NCBI GenBank assembly: GCA_022508345.1 | Contig: JAFLVK010000001.1 | Span: 597,841 to 661,840, forward strand | Source of the DNA: Clostridiales bacterium | Lineage (GTDB): Bacteria; Bacillota; Clostridia; Christensenellales; CAG-314 | Length of the DNA: 64,000 nucleotides | Direction of reading: 5' to 3' | Shown: positions 44,479-54,648 of the stretch, one piece after another | How positions within the stretch are numbered: position 1 is the first letter of the stretch | How the letters are laid out: every line of letters begins with the position of its first letter | Program-made: the position numbers and the translations under genes | The notes under the pieces: model-generated | The model's database searches: none | Told to the model about the DNA's origin: nothing | Seen by the model: only the letters and a program-made list of their open reading frames with translations

Positions 44479-45381
44479 TTAGTTACGTTTCAAGCGTTTG
44501 TCTTCCCCTGTGAGCTGAGCAACGAAAGTAGTGTTTTGATCCACAAGACGGGAGAATATCCGTTCGTCGTATCTTTCACGAATATTGGCAAGCGTCAGGT
44601 TGGTGCTGATAAATGTTTGCTTGCCGCGTGCAATACGCTCGTTAATCACTGCAAAGAAATATTCGGCGGTTACGTTTTTGTAAACGGTTTCCGTTCCAAG
44701 GTCGTCTATTGCCAGCACGTCAACGTCAATCAGGTTGTCGAGTATCGCTTGTCTGCTTTCAAAGTCGTCCAGATGCGCCTCGAGAAAGCTGCTGTTCAAG
44801 CTGTACGCCGTAACAAACAGTACGCTCAAGTTGTGTTCCATGCACAGATTGGCGCAAGCGGTGAGCAGATACGTTTTGCCCGAGCCTGTGTTGCCTGTCA
44901 AGAGCATGTTTGTTTTGCCGTCCAAGCAAACCTCACGCGCCTTTTTGTAAACAGCAAGATTGTGCTTGCTTGTTTCCTTGGCGTTGTTGAAGGTGTAGCT
45001 TTTGTTAATTACGTTGCTGTCGGCAACAATAAGCTTGCGAATTTCCTCTTGCAAGCAGCTGCACTGCTTGCCGTCAGCGTAACCTGTGTCTGCACATTTG
45101 TGACAGTGGTATTGCGGAGCAAGAGCGTTTTGGCTTAGTCCTAGCTTCTTCAACAATGCCGATTGCTTTGCTTGCAGTTGCTTTATTTCGCTGTGCAATT
45201 GTTGGCTGTCGCCGTTACCCATTGCAAAGTTTACTTGCGCCTGCCGCAATTGACTTTCGATAGATGTAAAATCTGCATTATTGCGTAAACTAGATAGTGT
45301 ACGTTCTGCTTTGTCTTCTGCTGCAAAGCGACGTTCGTCTATTACCCTTTTGGCTTGCTGTAACAGTTGTTGTTTGTTCAT
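44479..45381 (-). CDS. dnaI: DnaI/DnaC-like helicase loader ATPase
   Basis: 300 aa. Zn-binding CHKCADTGY..CSC and Walker A LLLTGNTGSGKTYL. Confidence 0.7.
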   Translation of the reverse strand: MNKQQLLQQAKRVIDERRFAAEDKAERTLSSLRNNADFTSIESQLRQAQVNFAMGNGDSQQLHSEIKQLQAKQSALLKKLGLSQNALAPQYHCHKCADTGYADGKQCSCLQEEIRKLIVADSNVINKSYTFNNAKETSKHNLAVYKKAREVCLDGKTNMLLTGNTGSGKTYLLTACANLCMEHNLSVLFVTAYSLNSSFLEAHLDDFESRQAILDNLIDVDVLAIDDLGTETVYKNVTAEYFFAVINERIARGKQTFISTNLTLANIRERYDERIFSRLVDQNTTFVAQLTGEDKRLKRN

Positions 45382-46829
45382 TAGTCCTCCGTGTCAAGTA
45401 CGGTAAATAATGCGCTTATCTCGTCGTCGGTGTAGCTTCTGCGTTCCATATCCTTGCCTGCAATAACAGTGGCGGTGGTAGCGGTGCTCTGTGCGTTGTT
45501 GCTCTTGTGCGATTTAGCCTGCTCAACAGTTGATATGCCGTTGTTTTTGTAGTCTGACAATATTCTGTTGAGATAGGTCAAGGGATTTGTCGCGCCAGCT
45601 GAAAGCTCCGCAGCGTAGTAGATAACGTCAAGCGGCATGCTCCAGTCTTCCGTCCATGTTTTGTACAGTGCCCTGTCATTGGCAATGGTACGCCTTACCA
45701 AGCCGCATTTGTACAGAATGGACTGTATTGCCTTGTCCGTGTTTGCCAGCGTGCCGAGATATGCATCCAGCGAAGTGAGGTTGGTTACACCCTTTTTGTA
45801 CAGCTTGTCAATGATAGCGTCCAGCCCGTTTAGCGAACGTATGCCACTTGTAAAGCTGTACTTGGCAATGGCAATCAGTGTTTCGTCGTCGTATCCCTTG
45901 CGTAGCCACTTGAGTACGTATTCCTCAATTACCGAGTCCAGGCTTTGGTAATATACGCCGATAGTGCGGTTGATGGCTTTTGCCAGTTCGTACAGATGTG
46001 TCTTTTCCTGCTCGAAGGCGTATATTTCCTTTTCGGAAAATACTCCATTGCGGTAGTACTGTGACAGTAGGTTGTCAAGTCTAAACAGTCCGCCCGGCTT
46101 GCATTTCTTTGCTGCGTAAAGAATTGCTTCTCCACTAAAACCGTACTCCTTAGACCACTTTTCGTAGTTTTCACGGTCTTCATAATTAATACTGCGTACT
46201 ACGTGCAATATCTTGAAAAGAATGTGCAGTTCGCTATCGTACTTTTGTTGTGATTTTAGGTTGTCCGATACTGTGGCAAGCATAGTTGCGCCCTTTCTTA
46301 ATTGACTGCGGGCAACTGCAAGTATGTACGGGTAGTTTATGTCGTTTCCTTGTAATTCAACGCAGTATCTTGCTACTGCTACTAGTGCTGCGGGGTCAAA
46401 TGTGGTGTCTTCAAGGAACGAATAGTACTCGTTGTACTCGTTTACACTAATCATTCTTCCGCTGATTGCGTCTTGCATATCTTTCGTGAATTTGGTATAT
46501 TTACTAGGCTTGAATTTTTTGTAAGCCAAAGTAGATCCTTGTAGCGAACGATAAATTATTCGAATGGTATCAGTTTGGATAATATCTACAAGTCCCAGTT
46601 CTTCCCAATATTGAAATGTGCGAATAACGTCCTCGCAAGAGATATCGAACTTGCGCGCGATGGTTTCGCAGGAATTGTCGTCGCCGTTGCTATCCGACAA
46701 AGCCAAGCCAAAAAGATAAATTGATGCTTTGATATCTGCCGCGTCAGGAAGATAATTGAAAATGAATTTATTGTCAACGATGGTAAATCCGCTGTCGATA
46801 AATTGTTTTTCTTTGTTGCAGAAAGCCAT
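45381..46829 (-). CDS. DnaD-domain replication initiation / membrane attachment protein (B. subtilis DnaB-like)
   Basis: 482 aa. Its stop overlaps the start of the dnaI-like gene, which is the usual Firmicute dnaB-dnaI arrangement. Repeated DnaD-like segments. Confidence 0.55.
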   Translation of the reverse strand: MAFCNKEKQFIDSGFTIVDNKFIFNYLPDAADIKASIYLFGLALSDSNGDDNSCETIARKFDISCEDVIRTFQYWEELGLVDIIQTDTIRIIYRSLQGSTLAYKKFKPSKYTKFTKDMQDAISGRMISVNEYNEYYSFLEDTTFDPAALVAVARYCVELQGNDINYPYILAVARSQLRKGATMLATVSDNLKSQQKYDSELHILFKILHVVRSINYEDRENYEKWSKEYGFSGEAILYAAKKCKPGGLFRLDNLLSQYYRNGVFSEKEIYAFEQEKTHLYELAKAINRTIGVYYQSLDSVIEEYVLKWLRKGYDDETLIAIAKYSFTSGIRSLNGLDAIIDKLYKKGVTNLTSLDAYLGTLANTDKAIQSILYKCGLVRRTIANDRALYKTWTEDWSMPLDVIYYAAELSAGATNPLTYLNRILSDYKNNGISTVEQAKSHKSNNAQSTATTATVIAGKDMERRSYTDDEISALFTVLDTED

Positions 46830-47059
46830 AAATTACCTCATTTGTCAAGAAAGTATTGATTATTTTTACATAGTAGTGTATAATATATCCGATTTGCCAG
46901 ACGCAAAACGACGTATATTATATTACCGCTCACTGCATTTGCGGTGTACACATTAGCGGTGACAATAATTGTAACATAGTTTAGCGCCATTATCAACCGA
47001 TTTGTTGAAAATTGGTGTATTAAACCGATGATTCATTAAAGTAGAAACGAGGTGCCAAA

Positions 47060-50000
47060 ATGAAAATTACCAAGGTAATCGCGACGGACACTCAAACCAA
47101 CGAAAAACAAACATTCACCTTCGGCACAGCTGCCGACGGTCTTGGTGTAGTTACCACGCGTGGCGGACGGCTCAACAATTACTTCGAATTTTGCTTCAAG
47201 GAAGATACCGAGTGTAGCCGTGACGTAGAAATGGAATTTTGCATCGATAACGACGAGTACTCACTTGCGCGGCTTCACAACGAGGACGGCACAACGCGTT
47301 CCGTACTCAAAAAGATGGTGGACGGTCGCTATCAGGTGGTTGCACGTTCTCGCGCGGTCGAGTTTATCGAGACTATCATTGAAGAGCAGCTCGAGGACTT
47401 GCGCAAGTCCAACTACATCAGCAACAAGGCAGTGGAAAACTTCCACGGCGACTTGAAGATATTTGACGAAATACGTATCCTATCCGAAGTGCAGGAAAGC
47501 ATAGCCCGCGCATCTGCCGAGGCGAAGTCGCTAAAGGACAACGCCATGAAGCGTGTAAAGGAGTACTCCGTCAGCGCAATGACCCCTGCAACCACCGAAC
47601 AGCTGGAAGCAATAAACGGCGAGCTGGACGGCGTTGCCCGTGACATCAACGTAGCAACGGCACAGCTGGGTGAACTGAAGGCAAAGCAAAACGTGGAGTC
47701 CATTCGCGCTGATATTGAAAGAGAGCTGGAGGATTCCCAACAGCAGTACAACAGGCTGATTGCCCGTCAAGAGGACATAGAGGAAGCGAGGAAAACCGTG
47801 CAGCTTCGCGACGACGTGGAGATGCTCATTCCCAAGGTGAAAACACTGCGCTCCATTGTGGAACAGCGCGGCGAACACGAAAAGATGCGCTACGCCATCA
47901 CAAGCGAGCTGGAATGGCAGGAAAACGAGCTTCAAAGCATCAACCAACAGCTGGAAGAAAAGGACCGTCAGTACGCTACGCAACAGGACAAGCGTAGCCG
48001 TGTGGAAGCTATCAACAACGAGCTGGCTTACATTGCAACACTGTACGAAAAGAACAAAAAGCTCAACGAAACGCTGCTTGACCTCAACGACAAGGAACAA
48101 CGCCTATCCGCCGAAAAGGCAATGTACACCAACAAGCTTGACCAGGTGGAAAAGACAATAACGGAAGTGCGCGACAGCCTTGACGCATTCCACATTCCCG
48201 CGCGTTCCGTAGGCGAACTGCTTGAAGCGGTGCGTATCGACGTCAAGATTGACGAGGTTACCTCACAAACGGAAAAGCTGGAAAGCGAAATCGCCGTAAA
48301 GGAAAGCCAAATTGCCGAAAAGGAAAGCAACCTGGTTGTACAGGTAAAGCGTTTCCGCGCAGTTGCCGAACTGGACGTAGCAGTTACGCCCATCAAGGCT
48401 AAGGATACGATATTGCAGGTTTTGGATGCAAAGTATTCCAAGCTGGAATCGATAAATCTGTCGTTAAAGGAAAAACAACGCAACCTTGAACGTGCAATGG
48501 AGGACTACAAGTACCGCATACTGCAGCTTGAGCAATCGCGCGCACGCCTGGAAGCGGAACGTGACAAGACAATGCTCCGCAAGCAGGAGGAGTTCAAGCG
48601 CGAAGTGTACCTCAACAGTCAAAAGGTGTACAGCGACGACGCGTCCAGTGTGTTTGCGGTAACGGCAAACTTCCACGACCACGAGATTGAAGCGTTAAAC
48701 CAGGAAATTACTGCACGCAATTTGGACAGAGATTTGCTGCTTGAGCGCGCATATCAGCTGGAAGGCTCCATCAAGGAAATCAAGCGTCATATAGAAATTA
48801 ACAGCGCGGAAATGGAAACACTCCAGCGCGAAAAGGACAACATCAACAAGCGCTACAACGAGATTGTTACGCAAAACAGCAGCGAAGTGGTGTTCAACTA
48901 CCTCAAGGCGCTCAACAGCGACAACGGTACCAAATACTTGCTGGATATTCAGTCGGATGCAGTGCGCAGCGAAGCGGAACTGAACGAACTGAAACGCTCC
49001 ACCGAAACGTCACGCGCCAAGCTGTCCGCATTGAAATCGCGCTTGAAGTATTTGCGCGAAACGCAACAGCAGCTGGACGACACGCGGGCATCAGTGGACA
49101 CTCTTGTTACCACTAATGACAAGCTCAAGGACGAGCTGACGGACATCGGCGGTAGACTGTCTGCAGGTTACGAGCAGTACAAGGCAGTTACCCGCCAACT
49201 GGAAAGTATCGAATCCAAGCTGGACGACGTTCGTGGCGCAATCATGGAAGCAAGCAAGACAATCAAGGTCAACGAGGACCAGATTGCAGCAGCTACGCAA
49301 AAGGCGCAAGTTATTGCCGGCGGTGAGGATATCGAACAGGCAATTGCCAACCTCAGATACGAGCTGGGCGACGTGGAAAGCGAACGCAACATGCTTATCG
49401 ACTCCAAGCAGACGTTGGAAAAGGACATCTTCAAAAAGCGTCTTGAACAGGAAAAGACCAACTGGCTGTACGAATCCAAGTGCCGTGAGTACGACGAGCT
49501 GTATCAGGAATTGAAGTTCGAACTCAATCTCAAGGGCTTGGACATCGACAAGATTTCCGAAATGGACCTTGACAACAACGTGGACGGACTGCGCAAGGTT
49601 ATCACCGAATTCGACACCATGCGCCGAAGCCTTGGGGAAAAGATTGATAATTTGTACTCAATACTGAAAAATCAACCTGCTCCCACCGTTACGCAAGCGG
49701 AAATTGATGCAAAACAGCAGGAAATTGACCTGCTTCAAACACGTCAACGCGAGTTGGAGGAAAAGCGCAATCAACAATTTAACGTATATGTTGCGGCAAG
49801 CACAGCACGCACCAAGATGAGCGTGGCGGCAGCGGAAGCACGCACATTGAGCAATCTTCGCGAAACGCTTAGCCAAAACGAAATTGTTAACGTGCTCATC
49901 AATGACAAAATCAAGTCCATGTTGGACATCGCAACCAAGTACATCAACGCATTTGCAGGAACAAAGGGCAGCTACAAGCTTGTTGCGGACAACTTCACGC

Positions 50001-50224
50001 TGAAGCTGGGCTTCAACGGAGACGTGATTGCTTACGACGACCTGCCGCAAAACATCAAGACGGCGGTGTACACAAGCGTGATACTGAGCATACCCAACAC
50101 CGACACGTCCGAAGGCAAATGGCTTGTGTTCGATGAGCGTATCAACATTGACAGAAAGCTGCTGTCCGATATGCTGCTTTCAGTAGACGACGTAAGCTAC
50201 GTTGTAGGCTACGAAAAAGAGTAA
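47060..50224 (+). CDS. giant coiled-coil protein with degenerate Rad50/SbcC-like head (no P-loop)
   Basis: 1054 aa. The N-terminus MKITKVIATD..FTFG..DGLGVVTTRGGRLNNYFE matches the SbcC-type start, but GxxGxGKS/T is replaced. About 900 aa are heptad-rich and E/K/Q/L-rich. The C-terminus KWLVFDERINID is Walker-B-like. Confidence 0.55.
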   Translation: MKITKVIATDTQTNEKQTFTFGTAADGLGVVTTRGGRLNNYFEFCFKEDTECSRDVEMEFCIDNDEYSLARLHNEDGTTRSVLKKMVDGRYQVVARSRAVEFIETIIEEQLEDLRKSNYISNKAVENFHGDLKIFDEIRILSEVQESIARASAEAKSLKDNAMKRVKEYSVSAMTPATTEQLEAINGELDGVARDINVATAQLGELKAKQNVESIRADIERELEDSQQQYNRLIARQEDIEEARKTVQLRDDVEMLIPKVKTLRSIVEQRGEHEKMRYAITSELEWQENELQSINQQLEEKDRQYATQQDKRSRVEAINNELAYIATLYEKNKKLNETLLDLNDKEQRLSAEKAMYTNKLDQVEKTITEVRDSLDAFHIPARSVGELLEAVRIDVKIDEVTSQTEKLESEIAVKESQIAEKESNLVVQVKRFRAVAELDVAVTPIKAKDTILQVLDAKYSKLESINLSLKEKQRNLERAMEDYKYRILQLEQSRARLEAERDKTMLRKQEEFKREVYLNSQKVYSDDASSVFAVTANFHDHEIEALNQEITARNLDRDLLLERAYQLEGSIKEIKRHIEINSAEMETLQREKDNINKRYNEIVTQNSSEVVFNYLKALNSDNGTKYLLDIQSDAVRSEAELNELKRSTETSRAKLSALKSRLKYLRETQQQLDDTRASVDTLVTTNDKLKDELTDIGGRLSAGYEQYKAVTRQLESIESKLDDVRGAIMEASKTIKVNEDQIAAATQKAQVIAGGEDIEQAIANLRYELGDVESERNMLIDSKQTLEKDIFKKRLEQEKTNWLYESKCREYDELYQELKFELNLKGLDIDKISEMDLDNNVDGLRKVITEFDTMRRSLGEKIDNLYSILKNQPAPTVTQAEIDAKQQEIDLLQTRQRELEEKRNQQFNVYVAASTARTKMSVAAAEARTLSNLRETLSQNEIVNVLINDKIKSMLDIATKYINAFAGTKGSYKLVADNFTLKLGFNGDVIAYDDLPQNIKTAVYTSVILSIPNTDTSEGKWLVFDERINIDRKLLSDMLLSVDDVSYVVGYEKE

Positions 50225-50430
50225 AAATAACGTGTTTAAATACAAAAAAGACTGATTTACACAATCGGTCTTTTTTTCGTTTGCGCGCAATTATTCCTGC
50301 ATTTTGAGGCGTGAATAAATGATATAAATTTGTCAATATGTATTGCTTTTTTTGTCGAAGTAATGTAATATTTTAATATTAATTTATTTTACACAATAAG
50401 CTGATTACATACGGCTTACAAGGAGAATTT

Positions 50431-51513
50431 ATGGCAAAAGAGCCCAAGAAAGTAATCGAATACAACGGCAGTAACAGCGTGTTGGCGCACAAGTGTGAGA
50501 TAACCGATTTCAAGTCGGACAGCCTCCTCATTGTGGATCAATCTCAGCAGGCGCTGTTTTACAAGGACGGTCAAGTAGAGGGACCTTTTACCGCCGGCAG
50601 ATACACCTTGCCCACAAGTAACATACTTACATTCCGTCAAAAGTTTGCAAGACTGTTCAGCAGCGACAAGGATAAATTTACCAAATTTTCCTGTGACGTT
50701 TATTTCGTAAACACGGTACAGGACGTGCCCATCAAATGGGGTACTCACGACAGGTTTCTTGTAAAGGACCCCGTTTATTCGGAAATAGTAAACGTAGGCG
50801 CATACGGTAGTGTAAAGGTCAAGGTGTCCGACCCCACTCGGTTTGTGGTTAGCATTGTAGGTACCATGGGCGAGTACAACCTTGAGCGACTGTCCTACTC
50901 CGTGCGTACGGAAATCAACACCGTGCTCAAGACTTACCTGTCGTCAACCATAATCGAGCAAAACACCAGCCTGTTGGAAATTCAACTCAAGCTGATGGAG
51001 CTTTCCGCAGCTGTTGAAGGCAAGCTCAACGAACGACTTGCCGATTACGGTATTACAGCGTTGCATTTCAATATCGAGGATATTTCGGTAGACGACGCGT
51101 CCAAAGCAAGGCTGTTGGAGGCGCAAAAGATATTTAACATCGAGCGCAATTCGCGCGTGCAAACCAACGCCGACGTCGACCGCCTTGCAAGGATGAGTGA
51201 GGCTCAGCTTGTTGCCGATTACAACCGTACGGTCATGATGGGCGAAGCGCAAGCAAGGGCGCGCGCAGCGCAGGGCTACACCTACGCCGACGAACAGCAT
51301 TGGAAAACGCAACAGGCAATGGCGTCTAACCCCGGGTTTGTACGAGCTGGAACTACGTTGCCCGGCATGGTGCCGCCTCAAGCTGCAAGCGTAACGGAAC
51401 AGCAGGTGCAAACGGTAACAGACTGCCCCAAGTGCGGTTGCCCGTTACTGGCGCGCACAACAGTTTGCCCCAACTGCGGTTACGACATAGCCGACGAACA
51501 CAACGACAAATGA
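50431..51513 (+). CDS. SPFH/Band-7 family protein (YdjI-like) with a C-terminal zinc ribbon
   Basis: 360 aa. The pattern [16 protein letters not shown]...[10 protein letters not shown] is typical of the YdjI / virion-core-like SPFH family. C-terminal CPKCGC..CPNCGY. Confidence 0.65.
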   Translation: MAKEPKKVIEYNGSNSVLAHKCEITDFKSDSLLIVDQSQQALFYKDGQVEGPFTAGRYTLPTSNILTFRQKFARLFSSDKDKFTKFSCDVYFVNTVQDVPIKWGTHDRFLVKDPVYSEIVNVGAYGSVKVKVSDPTRFVVSIVGTMGEYNLERLSYSVRTEINTVLKTYLSSTIIEQNTSLLEIQLKLMELSAAVEGKLNERLADYGITALHFNIEDISVDDASKARLLEAQKIFNIERNSRVQTNADVDRLARMSEAQLVADYNRTVMMGEAQARARAAQGYTYADEQHWKTQQAMASNPGFVRAGTTLPGMVPPQAASVTEQQVQTVTDCPKCGCPLLARTTVCPNCGYDIADEHNDK

Positions 51514-51884
51514 AACAGCGTAAACAAGTGCGCGTAAGGGACTTGGTTGTTTACTTTTGGTTACAGCTTGCCTTGCTTGCTACACTGTGGACCGCTTTCG
51601 GCGTTACGGTGGGGCTCAACTTGTTGCCTATCCCATGGTGGGCGGTGCTGCTAGTAACGCTGTACCTAGCCTACGCGCCGTTAAGATTTTTCGCCATAGG
51701 TTGCGTACTCATGTACAAGGCGTATTCGCCCGTGTCGGGTAGTGGGGTGTGCAGGTTCACGCCAACCTGCTCCACGTATATGGTAATTGCCATCAACAAA
51801 TACGGGCTTGTGGTGGGCATCTTCAAGGGTATCCGCCGTCTGTTACGGTGCAAGCCACCTAACGGCGGTGAGGATTGGCCTTAG
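51510..51884 (+). CDS. YidD-domain protein with an N-terminal two-TM extension
   Basis: 124 aa. ATG overlaps the upstream TGA (ATGA). YidD signature [10 protein letters not shown]...[16 protein letters not shown]. Confidence 0.75.
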   Translation: MKQRKQVRVRDLVVYFWLQLALLATLWTAFGVTVGLNLLPIPWWAVLLVTLYLAYAPLRFFAIGCVLMYKAYSPVSGSGVCRFTPTCSTYMVIAINKYGLVVGIFKGIRRLLRCKPPNGGEDWP

Positions 51885-51976
51885 GCTCATACTTTCGCCT
51901 CTTGTGTTAAAGAGGACAAATATCGAATTGAAAATTTTATAAGAAAATTATTTATAAAATAAAAAGGAGTAACAAC

Positions 51977-54553
51977 ATGCCAAACTTCAAGACATTGACC
52001 TGCCCCAGCTGTGGCAGACCGCTGCTTTATGACTTGGATGCGCAAAACGCCGAAGCTCAAAAGATTGTGTGCGACGCTTGCGGAAACGAGTGGGACGTAA
52101 GAGCAATCGAGGGCAGAACAGATAGTATTGCTAATGTGGGTGTGTACGAACAGGAAATGAGCGATGCCGCTACTGTTTCCTATATCGACGATTCCGTGTC
52201 GGCGTTGGCGTTTTTGGAAAACTATTTCGAAAACTACGAGTGGGACGACTTCAACATGACCTCATCTATGAGTATCCCCACCGTTGACAAGATTGTCGAA
52301 AAGCTGATTGTAAAGCAGGGCTCCGTTGCTGCAACATGGCAATTGCAATTTATGTCCATTGCTACACCCTTGCTGAAAAAGGTGCAAGGCTTGCTTATAC
52401 TTGAAGCGCATTTCTTTGACGAATTTGCCAAGACCGGCGACCCCGCAAACGGATTTATCTATTTCGATTCCTATCAGTCCATTGCAAGAAAGCTTGTTGC
52501 TGAGGGCGACAACTTGGTAAAGAAGATGTCCAACGCCATCAAGTACTTCAAAAAATATGGCGGCAAACAGACCGAGCTTGCCGGCATGGAAAAGCAACTG
52601 AAGTTTATCCAGGCGCAAATGGCTCAGATAAAGGTTGTCAAGTCCTATACTGAAATGCCGAAATTTGCCAAGGGTGTGGAGCAAAACCGCAAAAGAGTTG
52701 CCAGCGAACTTGCACAAAAGGGCATTGATGCCGAACAGGTGTACAAAGACGCAGTAGCCGATTTCGAAACGGACGTTGACCGTCGCGCTTTGCTTGCCAG
52801 GTTCGATTCAATCAGTGGCTACAGGGATGCAAATGACTACGCAGACAAGCTGGATATATTCTACAGCTTCAGCTTCGACGAGGGTGTTCTTATCAGATTG
52901 GGCGACAAGTACTACATCTTGCGCCGTGTGTCCGCAGCTGCATTTAACCCTGCAACCAAGGGCCCCGAAGAGAGTGAATCCGCTACAGCTGCTCAACAAA
53001 GCTTTAGCCTGTTCGAAATAGTGGACAAGGAACCGCAAGCTACACCCAAAGTTAAGAACATCACCAACATCCTCACTACATATGCAGGTTACCTTATCTA
53101 TATCAAAAATTCCTCCGAGCTGTGCATATTCAATCCTTTTGACGACACCAACGCAGCAGAAACGGTTGTGCTGAGCGCAAAGAGGGGCGATTTCGAGGAC
53201 GGCAACGGGGATATCAACTTCTTTATCGAGGGCAAGTATCTGTTTGTTACCCGCAAGCTCAAGGCTGTTGTAGCCGAACAAAAGAAAGGTTGCTTTGCCA
53301 GCCTGTTCAAAAAGCCCGCAAAGATAAACATCACTACAAGAAACAACTACGAATTGCTTGTGCTGGATATGTCCTGCGGCACTGTTGAAACGGCAGTTCC
53401 CGAAATGATTGACATCATGGACAACTTTGACGGACACATCTTCTACACAACGCACGAAGTGGTAGAGGGTATCGGCAAGGAAAAATTCTTCGTTTACAAC
53501 GCTTTGGACAAGTCCACCAAGGAAGTGCTTGACGCCAACACGGAAATTGTTGACGTAATAGGCGGCAAGGTTATTTACTTCATGTGGACCCCCAACGCGC
53601 TTAACAAGGATATGTATGCGCTGGATCTTCACGAGGGTAGCTCCACGTTGCTGGACAGAAACGTATTCGATTACTACAGAAACATCGAGGGTAAAGCTTA
53701 CTACTTCGTTGGTAACCAAACGGTTAAAACGCTGTACTCCGTTAACACGGACGGCACAGGCAAGATGGAAATCATGCAACATGCCAACAACCTTGGTTCA
53801 AGCTTGGGCGTACGCAACGGCTGGCTGTACCTGCAAAAGGGCACCGGCGTTAATGCAGCTATCAAAAAGGTGAGAGCAGACGGTCAAAAGACCATCACGC
53901 TGTGCACCCAGTTCAAAAAGCTTATCTGCTTCAAGGACGGCTACGTTTACTACGTTGATGCGCTGGATACATTGCGCGTGGTGCGCGAGGACGGCACAGG
54001 CAACAGGGAAGTGCTCAAGTCCGTTGGAAAGATTGTCCACATTTCGAACGACGCCATTTACCTGTTGAAGAAGGAGCGCGTGGGAGTAGTGGACAGCTCC
54101 GGCGTTAGCTACCGTTCCAACTCACTGTACAAGGTGGATATCGACGGACACAACCTCACCAAGATTGTATTTGACGTATCTGCTGCTCAAGTCAACGAGT
54201 ACAACCATGACGAATTTTATCTGTACAAGACCAATATAAAACGCTACAAGATTTCCACCCCCGTTGACAAGGACAACTACAACGAGGAATACGTAGATCG
54301 CGAAATCAAGTCGCTTGTGCTGTTCAACACAATTGACGGAAGCTTCACCGACGTGGCTGTATTCGGCAAACCCGTTCGTCCCGATGACGTAACATTCAAG
54401 CCCGGCTGCCTGTTCAAGAAGAAGATTACCAAGTCCACAATTGTGGAGGAAGTTCCCAACAAGATTACCTACAGCAGAAAGGGTAAAATGAAGGCGGGCG
54501 CTATCGGGGTTGAGCAGTTGACTCAAACCTTGGCGGAAAACGCGAAAAAGTAA
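51977..54553 (+). CDS. N-terminal zinc-ribbon protein with a C-terminal DUF5050-like beta-propeller
   Basis: 858 aa. CPSCGRPL...CDACGNEW. The C-terminal half has repeated blades (GKVIYF.., GKAYYF..LYSVNTDGTG, NGWLYL..VRADGQ, DGYVYY..VREDGTG, AIYLL..LYKVDIDGHN). Confidence 0.55.
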   Translation: MPNFKTLTCPSCGRPLLYDLDAQNAEAQKIVCDACGNEWDVRAIEGRTDSIANVGVYEQEMSDAATVSYIDDSVSALAFLENYFENYEWDDFNMTSSMSIPTVDKIVEKLIVKQGSVAATWQLQFMSIATPLLKKVQGLLILEAHFFDEFAKTGDPANGFIYFDSYQSIARKLVAEGDNLVKKMSNAIKYFKKYGGKQTELAGMEKQLKFIQAQMAQIKVVKSYTEMPKFAKGVEQNRKRVASELAQKGIDAEQVYKDAVADFETDVDRRALLARFDSISGYRDANDYADKLDIFYSFSFDEGVLIRLGDKYYILRRVSAAAFNPATKGPEESESATAAQQSFSLFEIVDKEPQATPKVKNITNILTTYAGYLIYIKNSSELCIFNPFDDTNAAETVVLSAKRGDFEDGNGDINFFIEGKYLFVTRKLKAVVAEQKKGCFASLFKKPAKINITTRNNYELLVLDMSCGTVETAVPEMIDIMDNFDGHIFYTTHEVVEGIGKEKFFVYNALDKSTKEVLDANTEIVDVIGGKVIYFMWTPNALNKDMYALDLHEGSSTLLDRNVFDYYRNIEGKAYYFVGNQTVKTLYSVNTDGTGKMEIMQHANNLGSSLGVRNGWLYLQKGTGVNAAIKKVRADGQKTITLCTQFKKLICFKDGYVYYVDALDTLRVVREDGTGNREVLKSVGKIVHISNDAIYLLKKERVGVVDSSGVSYRSNSLYKVDIDGHNLTKIVFDVSAAQVNEYNHDEFYLYKTNIKRYKISTPVDKDNYNEEYVDREIKSLVLFNTIDGSFTDVAVFGKPVRPDDVTFKPGCLFKKKITKSTIVEEVPNKITYSRKGKMKAGAIGVEQLTQTLAENAKK

Positions 54554-54571
54554 TTAAACTACTAAATAGTA

Positions 54572-54611
54572 CAAAAAATGGCTGTTTGAAGTGTTCAAAC
54601 AGCCATTTTTG
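54572..54611. terminator. bidirectional intrinsic terminator
   Basis: 14-bp stem aatggctgtttgaa/ttcaaacagccatt flanked by A- and T-runs. Confidence 0.85.
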
Positions 54612-54648
54612 TTATTGTTCAATTGTAAAACTTGCACGGTGTGCCAAT

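Noticed and set aside
43833-45138. 226-aa and 232-aa plus-strand ORFs opposite the mgtC and dnaI-like genes.
   Set aside because: They are antisense to genes with clear family signatures (MgtC motif, Walker A) and have low-complexity Ala/Val/Cys-rich translations.
46830-47059. Possible oriC or DnaA boxes upstream of the dnaB/dnaD-like gene.
   Set aside because: Only one weak TTATCAACC-like match was seen, with no box cluster or AT-rich unwinding element pattern.
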